The notes beneath the pieces were generated by a model, which was given only the letters and a program-made list of their open reading frames with translations, did no database searches and had not been told where the DNA came from. Shown here piece after piece: positions 38,725 to 49,116 of a stretch of 64,000 nucleotides of DNA. Where the stretch lies: contig JAWOEX010000039.1 in the NCBI GenBank assembly GCA_046482545.1, positions 64,001 through 128,000 of the forward strand. The letters are read 5' to 3'. Position 1 is the stretch's first letter; each line of letters begins with the position of its first letter. Both the position numbers and the translations under genes were made by a program. The DNA is from Candidatus Thorarchaeota archaeon (GTDB taxonomy: Archaea > Asgardarchaeota > Thorarchaeia > Thorarchaeales > Thorarchaeaceae).

Positions 38725-40341
38725 TCATTCAGCATCATTTGGTTGATACACTATGTTACCGTCAATTATCGTCATCACTACTTCAGTATCAATTATCTCG
38801 TCTGAAGGAATTGTCAGAATATCCTGTGAGAGTATAACTATATCTGCCAACTTATCAGGTTCGATTGAGCCAAGCCGATTTTCATCGAATTGTTGGTACG
38901 CCGAATTGGTGGTATAGAGTTTCAAAGCATCAAAAACTGGAATGCGTTGACTCGGCCCAATTGGTTGACCATTTTTCGTAATGCGATTCACAAGCGCATG
39001 AATCGCCATGAAGGGATTGAATGGTGCACATGGATGATCAGAATGCGCTGCAACTCTTATGTCTGCATCTAGGAACGAACGACCGCCGAACATCCATTCG
39101 AGGCGTTCCTCCCCGAATGCCGGTATCAGCTTGTCTCCATGATAATAGGCATATGGTCCAAATATCGTTGGTAAAACACCCAGTTTCTTGATTCTTTCTA
39201 CGATTTCGGGATTAATGACGGTGCAATGAATGTCCCTGTTCCTCGGGTCATCTTGCGGGTATTTCGCCTGAAGCCATTCCATGATATCAAGGTAAAGATC
39301 TATGGCTCGGTCACCATTGGCGTGAGCAGAAATACGATACCCCTGTGAATAAGCATCTTCAAGGGCTTCTCTTGCCTCCTCTTCAGTGGTTGCAAACACG
39401 CCATAGAAGTCAGGTCGGTTCAGATAGGCTTCTGATACAGCTGCAGTCCTAGCTGAGATAGCTCCATCGAAGAAGAATTTGATACCACATATCCTTAACC
39501 AATTGTCTCCCAAACCTCGGTGTATTCCAAGTTTCTTCAGTTCTTCTATGAGATCGATGGTCACATCCATTCTGACCCTGATTGGCAGTTCTGCGTGGTT
39601 CTTGAGATCAATTACAGCACGTATCTCATTTCTATCAACAGTATCGTAAACACACGTAAGGCCTACTGCCGCGCACTCCTTGAGAATCTCCTTTGCGCCG
39701 TCATACGCCTGTTGGCGTGTGGGCTCAGGCGGCCCTTGGGGTCGCAATATGTCATATGCCTTCTCATGGATGCCCCCTGTGATTTCGCCAGTCTCAGGAT
39801 CTCTGTCAAACTTCCCTCCAACAGGGTCAGGAGTATCCTTGGTCACACCCGCGTTCTCAAACGCCTTTGAATTAGCAATCCAAAAGTGGCCACCGACTGT
39901 TGTTACAAGAATAGGATGGTCTTCAGAGACAGCATCCAGCTCCCATCTTGTCGGATGCCGTCTCTCCACAAGTTTCGAATCATCCTCTTGATATCCAAAA
40001 ACCCATTCTCCATTCGGAGTGTTCTCTGCTTCTTTTTTCAGTTTCTTCTGAATGTGGGCAATGGAATGGATTCCGGCTTCCTCACTCAGGTCAACAAAGA
40101 TTTGGCGTGCTGAACCAGTGTTCATGAAATGACTGTGCGAATCTATCAGCCCAGGAATTGCTGTTTTCCCGTCTAAATCAATTACCCTCGTATCTGGCCC
40201 TATGAGAGGGTGGACCTCTTTCTCATTGCCCACAGCAACAATCCTTTCGAATTTGATGGCAACACAGTGAGAAATAGTATCGTCACTGTCCATGGTTACT
40301 ATCTTTCCGTTCTTCAGTACCAAATCAGCAAAAAGTGACAT
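38725..40341 (-). CDS. Amidohydrolase_3 (YtcJ/NfdA-like) protein
   Basis: PGLIDSHSH, KFFFDGA, HANGDRA, HSDHP, GSIEPDKLAD. Start at MSLFAD. Confidence 0.92.
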   Translation of the reverse strand: MSLFADLVLKNGKIVTMDSDDTISHCVAIKFERIVAVGNEKEVHPLIGPDTRVIDLDGKTAIPGLIDSHSHFMNTGSARQIFVDLSEEAGIHSIAHIQKKLKKEAENTPNGEWVFGYQEDDSKLVERRHPTRWELDAVSEDHPILVTTVGGHFWIANSKAFENAGVTKDTPDPVGGKFDRDPETGEITGGIHEKAYDILRPQGPPEPTRQQAYDGAKEILKECAAVGLTCVYDTVDRNEIRAVIDLKNHAELPIRVRMDVTIDLIEELKKLGIHRGLGDNWLRICGIKFFFDGAISARTAAVSEAYLNRPDFYGVFATTEEEAREALEDAYSQGYRISAHANGDRAIDLYLDIMEWLQAKYPQDDPRNRDIHCTVINPEIVERIKKLGVLPTIFGPYAYYHGDKLIPAFGEERLEWMFGGRSFLDADIRVAAHSDHPCAPFNPFMAIHALVNRITKNGQPIGPSQRIPVFDALKLYTTNSAYQQFDENRLGSIEPDKLADIVILSQDILTIPSDEIIDTEVVMTIIDGNIVYQPNDAE

Positions 40342-40360
40342 TTCAATCAGGTTCTCCACA

Positions 40361-41362
40361 TTAGAATGAATACTCCTTGAATTCGCTACTATAGGAAAAT
40401 CCGTGAGCAATTTGTAAGGAGTTCTTACCAGATTCATATGTCCATGACCATATGGTTGAGAACGGTACGTCGTTTCTCGTAAAGTCTTGATATACTCCTT
40501 TTTTCTCATCGAAGCGTCCTTTCAGTATCTTCTGAGCTTCCTCGATAGCTATCGTTTCTTCCCGTCCGCGGAACCATTCATCGATTAACTTGAGACGGGG
40601 AACACTGGACTCAGGGATGCGTGATTCATCTTCATACGCCTGCATTTCATCACTGAGGAAATGATTCGTAGTTATTGCGATTCCATTATCAGCTTCATTG
40701 ACCTCAACCCGTTTCGGACTTGCTTGAATCAGCGCTATCGATCCTGAGCTATCTGCGACGAGATAGTTGTTTCCTCGAACATGAGGAATTCTTTCCAAGA
40801 AATCGACTGCCTCCGCTACATCCTTACAATTATCCAACACCCATCGCGTGGCAAGGTGTAGCATGACTCCAGGGTGGTCCTCCGTGCAACCAGGTATTGC
40901 TGTAAGTCCTATGGCTAGGCCGGCTTCGTTGATGCCCCCGTACCTGCCAACGAGCAAGTCTGTACAGCTTAGACTGGATAGGCCATCCGTAGGATATGCT
41001 CTGAAAATTGTAGAAAATTCTTGAAATTTTGTTTCCCAATCATAATTTCGTGCAAAGATGACGTTTCCATTCTCTGTGTAATCGCCAGACACTGCAAAAA
41101 TGCTACAGCTGTAATCAGGGTACGGAAGCAGTGATACCTCGAAAGCCTTCAGACTTGTATTTTCATAACCTCCAGCTTTAACCATTGCGTCGATTTCTTC
41201 AAGCAATGAAGGTGTGTATTTTCTCAGTGCTTTCTCACAACCCATAGCTAATTCATGACGGCTCTTGGGTACTGGAGGTGGCGAATACCCTGTCTTCTTC
41301 ATCATCTTGCCAAGCGAAGACCCCATCTGTATTGGGGTGCCTTTTAGAGTAATTTCATTCAT
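40361..41362 (-). CDS. C45 family Ntn-hydrolase/acyltransferase
   Basis: SCSIFA nucleophile, ARNYD, GINEAGL, TTNH, S..R. Confidence 0.9.
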   Translation of the reverse strand: MNEITLKGTPIQMGSSLGKMMKKTGYSPPPVPKSRHELAMGCEKALRKYTPSLLEEIDAMVKAGGYENTSLKAFEVSLLPYPDYSCSIFAVSGDYTENGNVIFARNYDWETKFQEFSTIFRAYPTDGLSSLSCTDLLVGRYGGINEAGLAIGLTAIPGCTEDHPGVMLHLATRWVLDNCKDVAEAVDFLERIPHVRGNNYLVADSSGSIALIQASPKRVEVNEADNGIAITTNHFLSDEMQAYEDESRIPESSVPRLKLIDEWFRGREETIAIEEAQKILKGRFDEKKGVYQDFTRNDVPFSTIWSWTYESGKNSLQIAHGFSYSSEFKEYSF

Positions 41363-41398
41363 ATTCAATTCAATCCCTAAAGTCAAATATTTCTATAC

Positions 41399-42286
41399 TT
41401 ACTCATCCCACTTTCTGATGCTTTCCTGTAATTTCAAATCCCCCAGTTTCTTGAATATCTCTCCTTCTTGTAATCTTTCATAGGGTGGAAACCTACCATT
41501 AATTGGAGAATCCCTAAGACTCTTCCACACAGGATTCATACCGATATATCCATGCTGTCTGACCCAGCTCACTTTCTCAAAATCAATAACGTGTGTTATG
41601 ATCGCCTCATGGGTGCCTGTCCGTTCTAGTATCCGCCCCTCTGAATCAACCCAGATTGACTCCCCTCCCCCTTGCGGAGAGATTGCATTCACATTCAAAA
41701 CATAGCATTGATTCATAATTGCTTGTGCCTGAGCAAGTATGAGCTCTGCCTGTCTATCAGATGTATAGGTAAGCGATGGCTGGAGAATAAGCTCAGCTCC
41801 CTTCCAAGCTAGCGTTCTGAACAACTCAGGAAACCATACATCATAGCAAATAACTATGCCAACCCGTCCGATGTCGGGAATGTCGAACGTAACAAAATCA
41901 GTTCCCCAACTCGTGTTCTCCTGAGGCATCCAAGGAAACATCTTCCGATATTTTGCCACAACATCCCCATTTGGACCGAATACAATAGCCGTGTTGAAAA
42001 TCTCATCTCCGTCTTTCTCAAGGAACGAGCCAGGTACTAACCAGCAGCCCAATTCTTTTGCAATCTCAGCTAGACCATCTGTTTGCTCGTTTGGTATTGG
42101 CTTTGCGAATTCCTTCCAATCTTTCCTGCCGTATTCTTGAAGATAGAGCTCCCCTGTGAAGATGAGATCAATCCAGGGGAATGAGGACTTGGTTTTCTTC
42201 GCTACTCGCTCAAACTTGTCTTTGTTGGCTTCACTATCTTGACTTCTCAGCAGCTGCAGCCCTGCTACACCCAGCTTCCGGCTCAT
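41399..42286 (-). CDS. Carbon-nitrogen hydrolase (nitrilase superfamily)
   Basis: E-K-C triad: TGELY, YRKMFPW, ICYDVWFPE. Confidence 0.93.
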   Translation of the reverse strand: MSRKLGVAGLQLLRSQDSEANKDKFERVAKKTKSSFPWIDLIFTGELYLQEYGRKDWKEFAKPIPNEQTDGLAEIAKELGCWLVPGSFLEKDGDEIFNTAIVFGPNGDVVAKYRKMFPWMPQENTSWGTDFVTFDIPDIGRVGIVICYDVWFPELFRTLAWKGAELILQPSLTYTSDRQAELILAQAQAIMNQCYVLNVNAISPQGGGESIWVDSEGRILERTGTHEAIITHVIDFEKVSWVRQHGYIGMNPVWKSLRDSPINGRFPPYERLQEGEIFKKLGDLKLQESIRKWDE

Positions 42287-42295
42287 GATTGACCC

Positions 42296-43591
42296 TCAGA
42301 TTTTTCCGAGTTCTTCGCTCATCTTTTGGACTACTTCGGTAGCTTGATCCTCGGAGATTACAAGGGGCGGCTGAATTCGTAGTACATTCTTGAATATGCC
42401 ACCAAGCCCAACAATAATTCCTTTCTTCTGTAGATTGGCAACCAATTCCTTTGCTTCCTGCTTCGCAGGTTTCTTCGTTTTACGATCTTTTACCAGCTCG
42501 ACTCCGATCATAAGCCCTTTTCCTCTAACATCCCCAATAATGCTCCTTCTTTCTTGGATTTCCCTAAGTCGTTTCATTATGAAGGCTCCAACCTTGGCGG
42601 CATTATCAATCAAACCCTCATTTCGGATGTATTTGATATTCTCAAGAGCAATAGCGCTTGTTACCGGGTTTCCTCCAAATGTAGAGAAGAAATCACCTGA
42701 TTCAAGGTGTGATGCTATCTCATCCGTAGTAACACAGGCCCCAATCGGAATTCCTCCACCCATACCCTTCGCCAAGCTCATGATGTCTGGTTCTAATCCC
42801 CAATGCTCACTGGCGAACAGCTTCCCAGTTCTGCCAAAGCCTGTCTGTACTTCGTCAAGAAACAAGGGAATCTCTCTTTCCTTCAGTATCTTGACAATCG
42901 TCGAGAAGTAGGAATCTGGTGGCACAATAATGCCCCCTTCCCCGAGAATTGGTTCCATAATAAACGCTGAAACATCGCCAGCTGTATGTCTATCGATGAC
43001 TTCTTCCAAACGATTTGCTGTTTCTGTCCCACACTCATCCTCAGAAAAAGCAGATCGGTAAGTATAGGGTGTCGGGGCATGCTTGACACCTGGTGCAATT
43101 GAGTATGCACCAAAGCCTTTCTTGTAGGAAGCATTTGCTGTCAGACTGAACGAGAAACCGAGACGACCATGGAAGGCACATTCTAACCCAATCAATGCCC
43201 CCCCAGTTTTACCTTGAGAAGAAGCATATTTCTTCGATAGTTTAATCCCGTTCTCGACTGCCTCTGTACCGCTGTTGCACAGGAATGTCTTTCTCAAATC
43301 ACCTGGTGTTACTTCTGCCAGTTTCTGAGCGAGAAGAGTCTGAGGTATTGTAAAGTACCTTCCCGACACATGGAAGAGCTTTTTCATCTGTTCGCATCCA
43401 GCTTGTATCAACGCATCAGGTGCGTGACCGGCATTAGCTGTTGCAATCCCTGCAAAGCAGTCGATATACTCATTGCCCTGAATATCCTTCAGAATTGCTC
43501 CTTTTCCTTCAACAATCACCAAGGGTACTCTGGTGTAACCCTGTTGATAGTACTTCTTGTCCAGTTCAAAAACTTCTTCAGCTTTCTTCAC
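42296..43591 (-). CDS. Class III PLP aminotransferase (omega-amino acid: GABA/beta-alanine/AGXT2-like)
   Basis: NSGTEAVE, FHGR, EPILGEGG, DEVQTGFGRTG, LAKGMGGG, STFGGNP. Confidence 0.95.
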   Translation of the reverse strand: MKKAEEVFELDKKYYQQGYTRVPLVIVEGKGAILKDIQGNEYIDCFAGIATANAGHAPDALIQAGCEQMKKLFHVSGRYFTIPQTLLAQKLAEVTPGDLRKTFLCNSGTEAVENGIKLSKKYASSQGKTGGALIGLECAFHGRLGFSFSLTANASYKKGFGAYSIAPGVKHAPTPYTYRSAFSEDECGTETANRLEEVIDRHTAGDVSAFIMEPILGEGGIIVPPDSYFSTIVKILKEREIPLFLDEVQTGFGRTGKLFASEHWGLEPDIMSLAKGMGGGIPIGACVTTDEIASHLESGDFFSTFGGNPVTSAIALENIKYIRNEGLIDNAAKVGAFIMKRLREIQERRSIIGDVRGKGLMIGVELVKDRKTKKPAKQEAKELVANLQKKGIIVGLGGIFKNVLRIQPPLVISEDQATEVVQKMSEELGKI

Positions 43592-43620
43592 CTATTTCAT
43601 CTCCATTGGTGGTCATGTAT

Positions 43621-43704
43621 TCTCGCCGTCGCCATATATCAAATACAAACATATGATGGCGAGATGATACACGATACAACAATTGATATTCTATATTGAA
43701 TGGA
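43621..43704. promoter_or_regulatory. Divergent promoter region with an imperfect inverted repeat and a 14-mer shared with the deacetylase promoter
   Basis: TCTCGCCGTC (43621-30) / GATGGCGAGA (43655-64); CTATATTGAATGGA at 43691-43704 and 35682-35695. Confidence 0.35.
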
Positions 43705-43771
43705 ATTCAAAACAATGATATATATCTTGTGTGAGATACTGATATGAGTCTAAGAAAATGGGCAGATAATC

Positions 43772-44770
43772 ATGAATAACAGACAAACTGCAGGCTGTTT
43801 CATTGCATTCCTTTATCTGATATTGCTAACTCCGAAGCAGGCTGTCTGTCAGAGAAATGCTGATCTGGAGGGAATTGAAATTGCAATATATGATGGGGGG
43901 CAATACTCAGGATATGGAACACCTCGGGAAAGCAGTATGGCGGCCCTTTACTGGATGTTTAGATGGATGAATGCAACCGTTGAAATTGTTAATTCATCAC
44001 AGATACGAGCAGGATTACTGAACAACTTCCAAATGGTTGTTGTTCCAGGGGGATGGGCCTATGACTTCTATCAGGATCTCGGGTCAAACGGTCTAGAAGC
44101 TGTTCAATCGTTTGTCTCAGAAGGTGGTAGTTATTGGGGCAGCTGCGCGGGTGCTTTCCTTGCGTGCGAAAAAATCGTCTGGATAGAGAATCGCCGCGCG
44201 TTACCCTACAGTTATGGGCTAGCATTGTTTCCTGGAGTAGGAGTTGGTCCGATTGCCGAAATCGCAGACTGGCCTAATTATGTGATGACTGATATAGAAA
44301 TAAATCAAACCAATGGGCTTGTTAACGTGACAAGTCTGCCGCATACTCATAGTATCATGTACTATGGTGGCCCGTATTTTGATCTAGATGGTACCGAGAA
44401 TGTCACTGTTGTCGCTCATTATGGCCAAAATAGGGAAGCCGCTATGATTGCATTTCAATACGGAAAAGGGCGGGTATTTCTCAGCGGTGCTCATCCTGAA
44501 TGGGATGAGGATAGCGGCAGAGACGGATGTACATGGGAAAACAGTCTTGAGGATCAGGAATCAGATTGGGAGTTATGTAAAGCCGTTTCACACTGGCTTG
44601 TTGCCATTGAGTTACAAGCCCCCTCCCCTTTCGGTGGATACCTTATTTGGGCGGTTATCCTAGCTGGTTTCATAGGACTGCTCTCTGCAATTGTCTTGAT
44701 GAAAAGACGCACCCACAAAAGCTTAAGCGGCACTGAGCGCAAATTTATGCTCATATACAGCTCCAACTAG
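43772..44770 (+). CDS. Surface-anchored BPL_N / class I glutamine-amidotransferase-like hydrolase
   Basis: Signal peptide, VVPGG, YWGSCAGA, YYGGPYF, GAHPE, C-terminal TM + KRR. Confidence 0.85.
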   Translation: MNNRQTAGCFIAFLYLILLTPKQAVCQRNADLEGIEIAIYDGGQYSGYGTPRESSMAALYWMFRWMNATVEIVNSSQIRAGLLNNFQMVVVPGGWAYDFYQDLGSNGLEAVQSFVSEGGSYWGSCAGAFLACEKIVWIENRRALPYSYGLALFPGVGVGPIAEIADWPNYVMTDIEINQTNGLVNVTSLPHTHSIMYYGGPYFDLDGTENVTVVAHYGQNREAAMIAFQYGKGRVFLSGAHPEWDEDSGRDGCTWENSLEDQESDWELCKAVSHWLVAIELQAPSPFGGYLIWAVILAGFIGLLSAIVLMKRRTHKSLSGTERKFMLIYSSN

Positions 44771-44871
44771 AATTATTGTACACTATCCAAAATAACGATA
44801 AGTTATTGGTAAAATATTTAAGTTGCAATCTTCTTTCTAACACACAATTAGGATATTAGGAAGGAGATTAA

Positions 44872-46812
44872 ATGAGAAAGAAATATGCATGTGCTGTACT
44901 CCTCATTGTTCTGTTTTTACCCTATGCTGTGAATTCTCCTAGTTACGTTACAGCCCAAGACACCGAGAAAGTGCTTAAGCTGGGCGTCATCGGAGATCCT
45001 GAGAATCTCAATCCAGTATTGGCGTGGACAGAGCTCTCCTGGATACTCCTCGAATGGATGTATGAGCCATTAGTTCGATGGGATGTTTCAGGAGGCGAAT
45101 GGAAGATACAGCCAGGATTAGCAGAGAGTTGGGAGTGGTCTGAGGATGGAACTCAGGTTACTTTCCATTTGGCTGAAAACGCAACTTGGCATGATGGAAC
45201 CCCGATAACAGCCCACGACGTGAACTGGACACTCTTCACTATGACGTGGATGGCTTGGTGGAGAGCTTCGACATCTCATATCGACCATGAGAATATCGAA
45301 GTGCTCGACAACTACACAATCAGGCTGAACTTCGTGATGAATGGCTACAAAGAAGGTTGGTTCTGGCAAGAAGATCCTCCGTACTATTTCTGGCGTGACT
45401 GGTATGACAACACATCTGTTGCAATCAGCAAGGACTACTTCATGCAGAGTATTCCATACCTACCAATACTTCCAGAGCATATCTGGGATCCCGTGACGTG
45501 GCATGATCCGGTCTATGGGGTGAATGGTAGTTTCTACGAGCCGTGGGGTTTCTGGGATTACCTGAACTGGGATGGCATCGGTTGGGGCACCCTTGATTAC
45601 ACATGGGAAGCACCCAAGGTTGGATCCGGGCCATTCGAATTCGTTGAATGGGTACCTGGTGAGAGCTTGACTTTTGAGGCGTATGAAGACTATCATTATG
45701 GAGCTCCAAATGTTGACGAGATTGAAATCGAAATCTACTCAACGATTGAAACAATGACCCAAGCTGTTCAGAGCGGTGACATAGACATATGTGAAACAAG
45801 CATCACATTCACCGAGCTAAGTGACTACGGACCCAATGTTGAGGTCGTTGAAAACCCGTTCATGGGCTTTTCCATGTTGGGAGTAAATCAGTACGAACCA
45901 TATCTGAATGTATCAGGGCAATACGAAGATCGGTCAGGCGGAAAACACAATGCATTACTGGAACCGGCCGTCAAGAAAGCGATTCATCAAGCGGTCAACA
46001 AGACGAAGCTTGCTGAAGTGGCTTATCTAGGCACCGCAAATGCTACAGATTCGGTCATACATCAAGCTCTACCCTGGCACAATGACGATTTGGAGACATA
46101 CACAACTGGCACGGAAGCTGCAATTGCGACTCTAGAAGATGCTGGGTGGAGCAAGAATGGAGAGGACCTCTGGCAAAAGGAAATCGACGGAATCAATGAG
46201 ACTTTGGACTTCGGTCTGAAATACACCTCGGGGATTCCCATTGACTTCTCCCTCGCCCAATTAATCGAGGAAGATCTTGAGGCAGCTGGTTTCGCCATAA
46301 CTACTCTGCCTACTGAAGCAACGACTTTCGTCCAAGATTTGACGCAGTCAGTCTGGAATTTTGACCTGATGATTACCTTCTACACACAACTGGGTGATCC
46401 GAACTACTTCATGAGCTATATGAGGGCTGAAAGCTACATTAACCTCAACGGAATCAATATTACAGCCATTGAGGACATGTTCTTGCAGCAGCAGATTACT
46501 GCAGATCCCGAGGAGCGAAAGGAGATCGTTGACGAGTTCCAGCAGCTCATCTACAATGACTCCAGCGTAATTCCACTCTGCAATTATATGGATGTCGAAG
46601 TCTACAGAAGTGACAGATGGGAGTTCACAGAAACTGACTGGCACAGTGGTATGATTGCAATACCCAATGTGGATGCGTGGAGAACCGTAGATGAGGCGCC
46701 TGAAACAACTACGCCTGCTGCTCCGCTACCAGTCGAGATGATCATCCTTGCTGTTGGTGTAGCGGTTGTTGTGGTTGTCATACTCGGTGCAATATGGATA
46801 AAACAACGGTAG
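44872..46812 (+). CDS. Family 5 ABC solute-binding protein (canonical domain order)
   Basis: PENLNP, YEPLV, LAESWE, TWHDGTPITAHDV, GSGPF, VKKAIHQA; TM anchor. Confidence 0.93.
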   Translation: MRKKYACAVLLIVLFLPYAVNSPSYVTAQDTEKVLKLGVIGDPENLNPVLAWTELSWILLEWMYEPLVRWDVSGGEWKIQPGLAESWEWSEDGTQVTFHLAENATWHDGTPITAHDVNWTLFTMTWMAWWRASTSHIDHENIEVLDNYTIRLNFVMNGYKEGWFWQEDPPYYFWRDWYDNTSVAISKDYFMQSIPYLPILPEHIWDPVTWHDPVYGVNGSFYEPWGFWDYLNWDGIGWGTLDYTWEAPKVGSGPFEFVEWVPGESLTFEAYEDYHYGAPNVDEIEIEIYSTIETMTQAVQSGDIDICETSITFTELSDYGPNVEVVENPFMGFSMLGVNQYEPYLNVSGQYEDRSGGKHNALLEPAVKKAIHQAVNKTKLAEVAYLGTANATDSVIHQALPWHNDDLETYTTGTEAAIATLEDAGWSKNGEDLWQKEIDGINETLDFGLKYTSGIPIDFSLAQLIEEDLEAAGFAITTLPTEATTFVQDLTQSVWNFDLMITFYTQLGDPNYFMSYMRAESYINLNGINITAIEDMFLQQQITADPEERKEIVDEFQQLIYNDSSVIPLCNYMDVEVYRSDRWEFTETDWHSGMIAIPNVDAWRTVDEAPETTTPAAPLPVEMIILAVGVAVVVVVILGAIWIKQR

Positions 46813-46819
46813 CTAAGAA

Positions 46820-46869
46820 GAAGCTGCAGCTAGAAGTATTTGCTGCAGCTTCATCCCTTCTTTTTTTCT
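46820..46869 (+). terminator. Hairpin + U-tract after the SBP gene
   Basis: GAAGCTGCAGC-11 nt-GCTGCAGCTTC then CCCTTCTTTTTTTCT. Confidence 0.65.
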
Positions 46870-47180
46870 GGATATAGGACAAACAACTTGAGACATGCAT
46901 GTGTCTTCAGCAATACGACGGAAGCGATGCAAGACATCAAGAGAAAAACCAATATTGAGGTACGACTGCGATATACCTGCACCGCCCCAATGAGAAGAGT
47001 GACTGCCATCTTAGCTGAGATAGAATATTGCAACCACCCGATGGGCTCTTGGTGCCAAATATATCCCTTAATACCACAAAGATAGCTTGCAAAATCCCAA
47101 ATGATGCAAAATATTTAATAAGTTGGATGATTCTCATATTTTAACCATGATTTTCGTATGGTTTTTAAATAGAGGACAGT

Positions 47181-48653
47181 ATGAAGGTATTTCTTATGAC
47201 TAAAACGCCACTTCTTAGAAACTACATTAACGGGGAATGGATTGAGTCTGAATCTAAAGATATCCGAGATATCCTGAATCCCGCGACTGGAGAGACCATT
47301 GCGAGGGTTCCAATGAGCACTGTAAAGGAGACGAAAAGGGCAATAGAATCTGCTCATGAAGCATTCAAACCGTGGAGAGAAACGATTCCGCTTACAAGAT
47401 CCCGCTATCTCTTCGATTTGAAAGCTCTTATGGAAGAGCGATTTGAGGAGCTTGCAAAGTATGTGGTTCTTGAAAATGGAAAAACAATAGATGAAGCTAG
47501 GGGGGAGGTGAGGCGGGGTATTGAGAATGTGGAAGTCGCTACGGGCATTCCATCATTAATGATGGGTGTTAATGCCGAAGACATATCATATGGGATAGAT
47601 GAGATGGTAATCAATCAACCTCTGGGAGTTTTCTTCTGTCTTGCGCCATTCAACTTCCCGAACATGGTGCCTCTCTGGTTTCTTCCCTATGCAGTAGCAA
47701 CCGGAAACACCTACATTGTCAAACCTTCTCCCCAAGCACCCTACAGCATGGTTAAGCTCTTCGAGGTCCTAGATGAGGTAGGCTTCCCGCCAGGAGTGAT
47801 TAACTTGGTCCACGGTGATGTTGATGTCGCAGATACCCTCCTAGATAGTCCCAGAACGAAGGGCGTTTCTTTTGTCGGCTCCACAGCAGTTGGCAAGAAG
47901 GTATACGAAAGAGCAGCATCAAAAGGAAAACGAGCACAAATACAGGCGGGAGCTAAGAACTTTTTGTTAGTCATGCCGGACGCTGACCTTGAACGAACGG
48001 CCACAGCGTTTATGACTTCTTTCTTTGGTTGTGCTGGCCAGCGCTGTCTAGCAGGTGCCGTGGTGTTGGCAACCGAAGAGATACATGACGAGCTTACTAA
48101 TCTGATTCTAGAGAAAGCTAGGAGGATTAGTGTTGGATACGGCCTCAATGAGGGGGTACAGATGGGACCGGTAATTTCAGCGAACGCAAAGAAGAGAATT
48201 CTCGGTTATATAGAACAGGGGGTCAAGGAAGGAGCAGATTTGATTCTTGATGGTCGAGACATTGATGTGAATGGATATGCAAACGGCTTCTTTATTGGGC
48301 CTACAATTTTCGATAATGTAACTCCAGATATGAGCATAGCCAACGACGAAATCTTTGGGCCGGTTATGTCAATAATCAATGTGAAGGATTTTGATGAGGC
48401 TCTAGACATCATAGACAAAAATCCCTATGGAAATGCATCTTCAATCTTCACCGCAAGCGGAAAATGGGCAAGAAAGTTTCAATATAATGTACGCACTGGC
48501 AATATCGGAATCAACATTGGGATTGCAGCTCCGGTGGCCAATTTCCCATTCTCTGGAATGAAGGATTCGTTCTTTGGCGATCTTCATGGACAGGGACAGG
48601 ATGCAATTAGATTTTTCACAGAATCTAAAGTCGTCATCACAAGATGGTTCTAA
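47181..48653 (+). CDS. mmsA: CoA-acylating (methyl)malonate-semialdehyde dehydrogenase
   Basis: PFNFPNMVPLW, SFVGST, GAKN (no catalytic Glu, typical of MMSDH), GCAGQRCLA, EIFGP, SFFGDLHGQG. Confidence 0.93.
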   Translation: MKVFLMTKTPLLRNYINGEWIESESKDIRDILNPATGETIARVPMSTVKETKRAIESAHEAFKPWRETIPLTRSRYLFDLKALMEERFEELAKYVVLENGKTIDEARGEVRRGIENVEVATGIPSLMMGVNAEDISYGIDEMVINQPLGVFFCLAPFNFPNMVPLWFLPYAVATGNTYIVKPSPQAPYSMVKLFEVLDEVGFPPGVINLVHGDVDVADTLLDSPRTKGVSFVGSTAVGKKVYERAASKGKRAQIQAGAKNFLLVMPDADLERTATAFMTSFFGCAGQRCLAGAVVLATEEIHDELTNLILEKARRISVGYGLNEGVQMGPVISANAKKRILGYIEQGVKEGADLILDGRDIDVNGYANGFFIGPTIFDNVTPDMSIANDEIFGPVMSIINVKDFDEALDIIDKNPYGNASSIFTASGKWARKFQYNVRTGNIGINIGIAAPVANFPFSGMKDSFFGDLHGQGQDAIRFFTESKVVITRWF

Positions 48654-48675
48654 GATGACGAGGAATTGATAGAAA

Positions 48676-49116
48676 ATGGAATTGGGTACTGTGGGTGCAG
48701 TTCTCAGCTTCGCTCTCAAACAAGAAGAGAAGATACTTGGAGTATATGAAGAATCGATAAAAACTGAAAACGAATCTGATTTGCTTGATTTGCTGAGAGA
48801 GACAGCTAGAAATCACAAGAAAATGAAACGCGCCCTACGACGACTAAGGCGTGAGAACGTGACAGAAATGATTCTTGAACCGATTCATGGATTGAACAGC
48901 GACGATTTTGATATTAAGCAACATCAGGGTAAGAAGGCTAGTACTCAAGAATGGTTGGTTGCTCTTGAGAAGATTGAACGGAAGCAAGCAGAGTTCTTAG
49001 AGAAATCCGCTGCTAAGGTTTCCTTTTTACCTGAAGTTAGACAAAGGCTTGATACGATGTCGAAAACAGCAAGAATGAATGCTAGCAATCTTGATGAAGC
49101 GAGGAGTGTTGACTAG
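48676..49116 (+). CDS. Ferritin/rubrerythrin-like helical protein
   Basis: LSFALKQEE...YE, RRENVTEMILEPI; four-helix pattern. Confidence 0.65.
   Translation: MELGTVGAVLSFALKQEEKILGVYEESIKTENESDLLDLLRETARNHKKMKRALRRLRRENVTEMILEPIHGLNSDDFDIKQHQGKKASTQEWLVALEKIERKQAEFLEKSAAKVSFLPEVRQRLDTMSKTARMNASNLDEARSVD

Noticed and set aside
43589-43604. ATG-AAA-TAG in frame just before the aminotransferase GTG (possible amber readthrough)
   Set aside because: GGAG is 9 nt from the GTG but 0 nt from the ATG, so GTG is the natural start and no recoding is needed.
46851-47137. Two short hydrophobic minus-strand ORFs inside the island
   Set aside because: They are antisense to the operon direction, overlap the terminator and show no motif; not supportable as genes.
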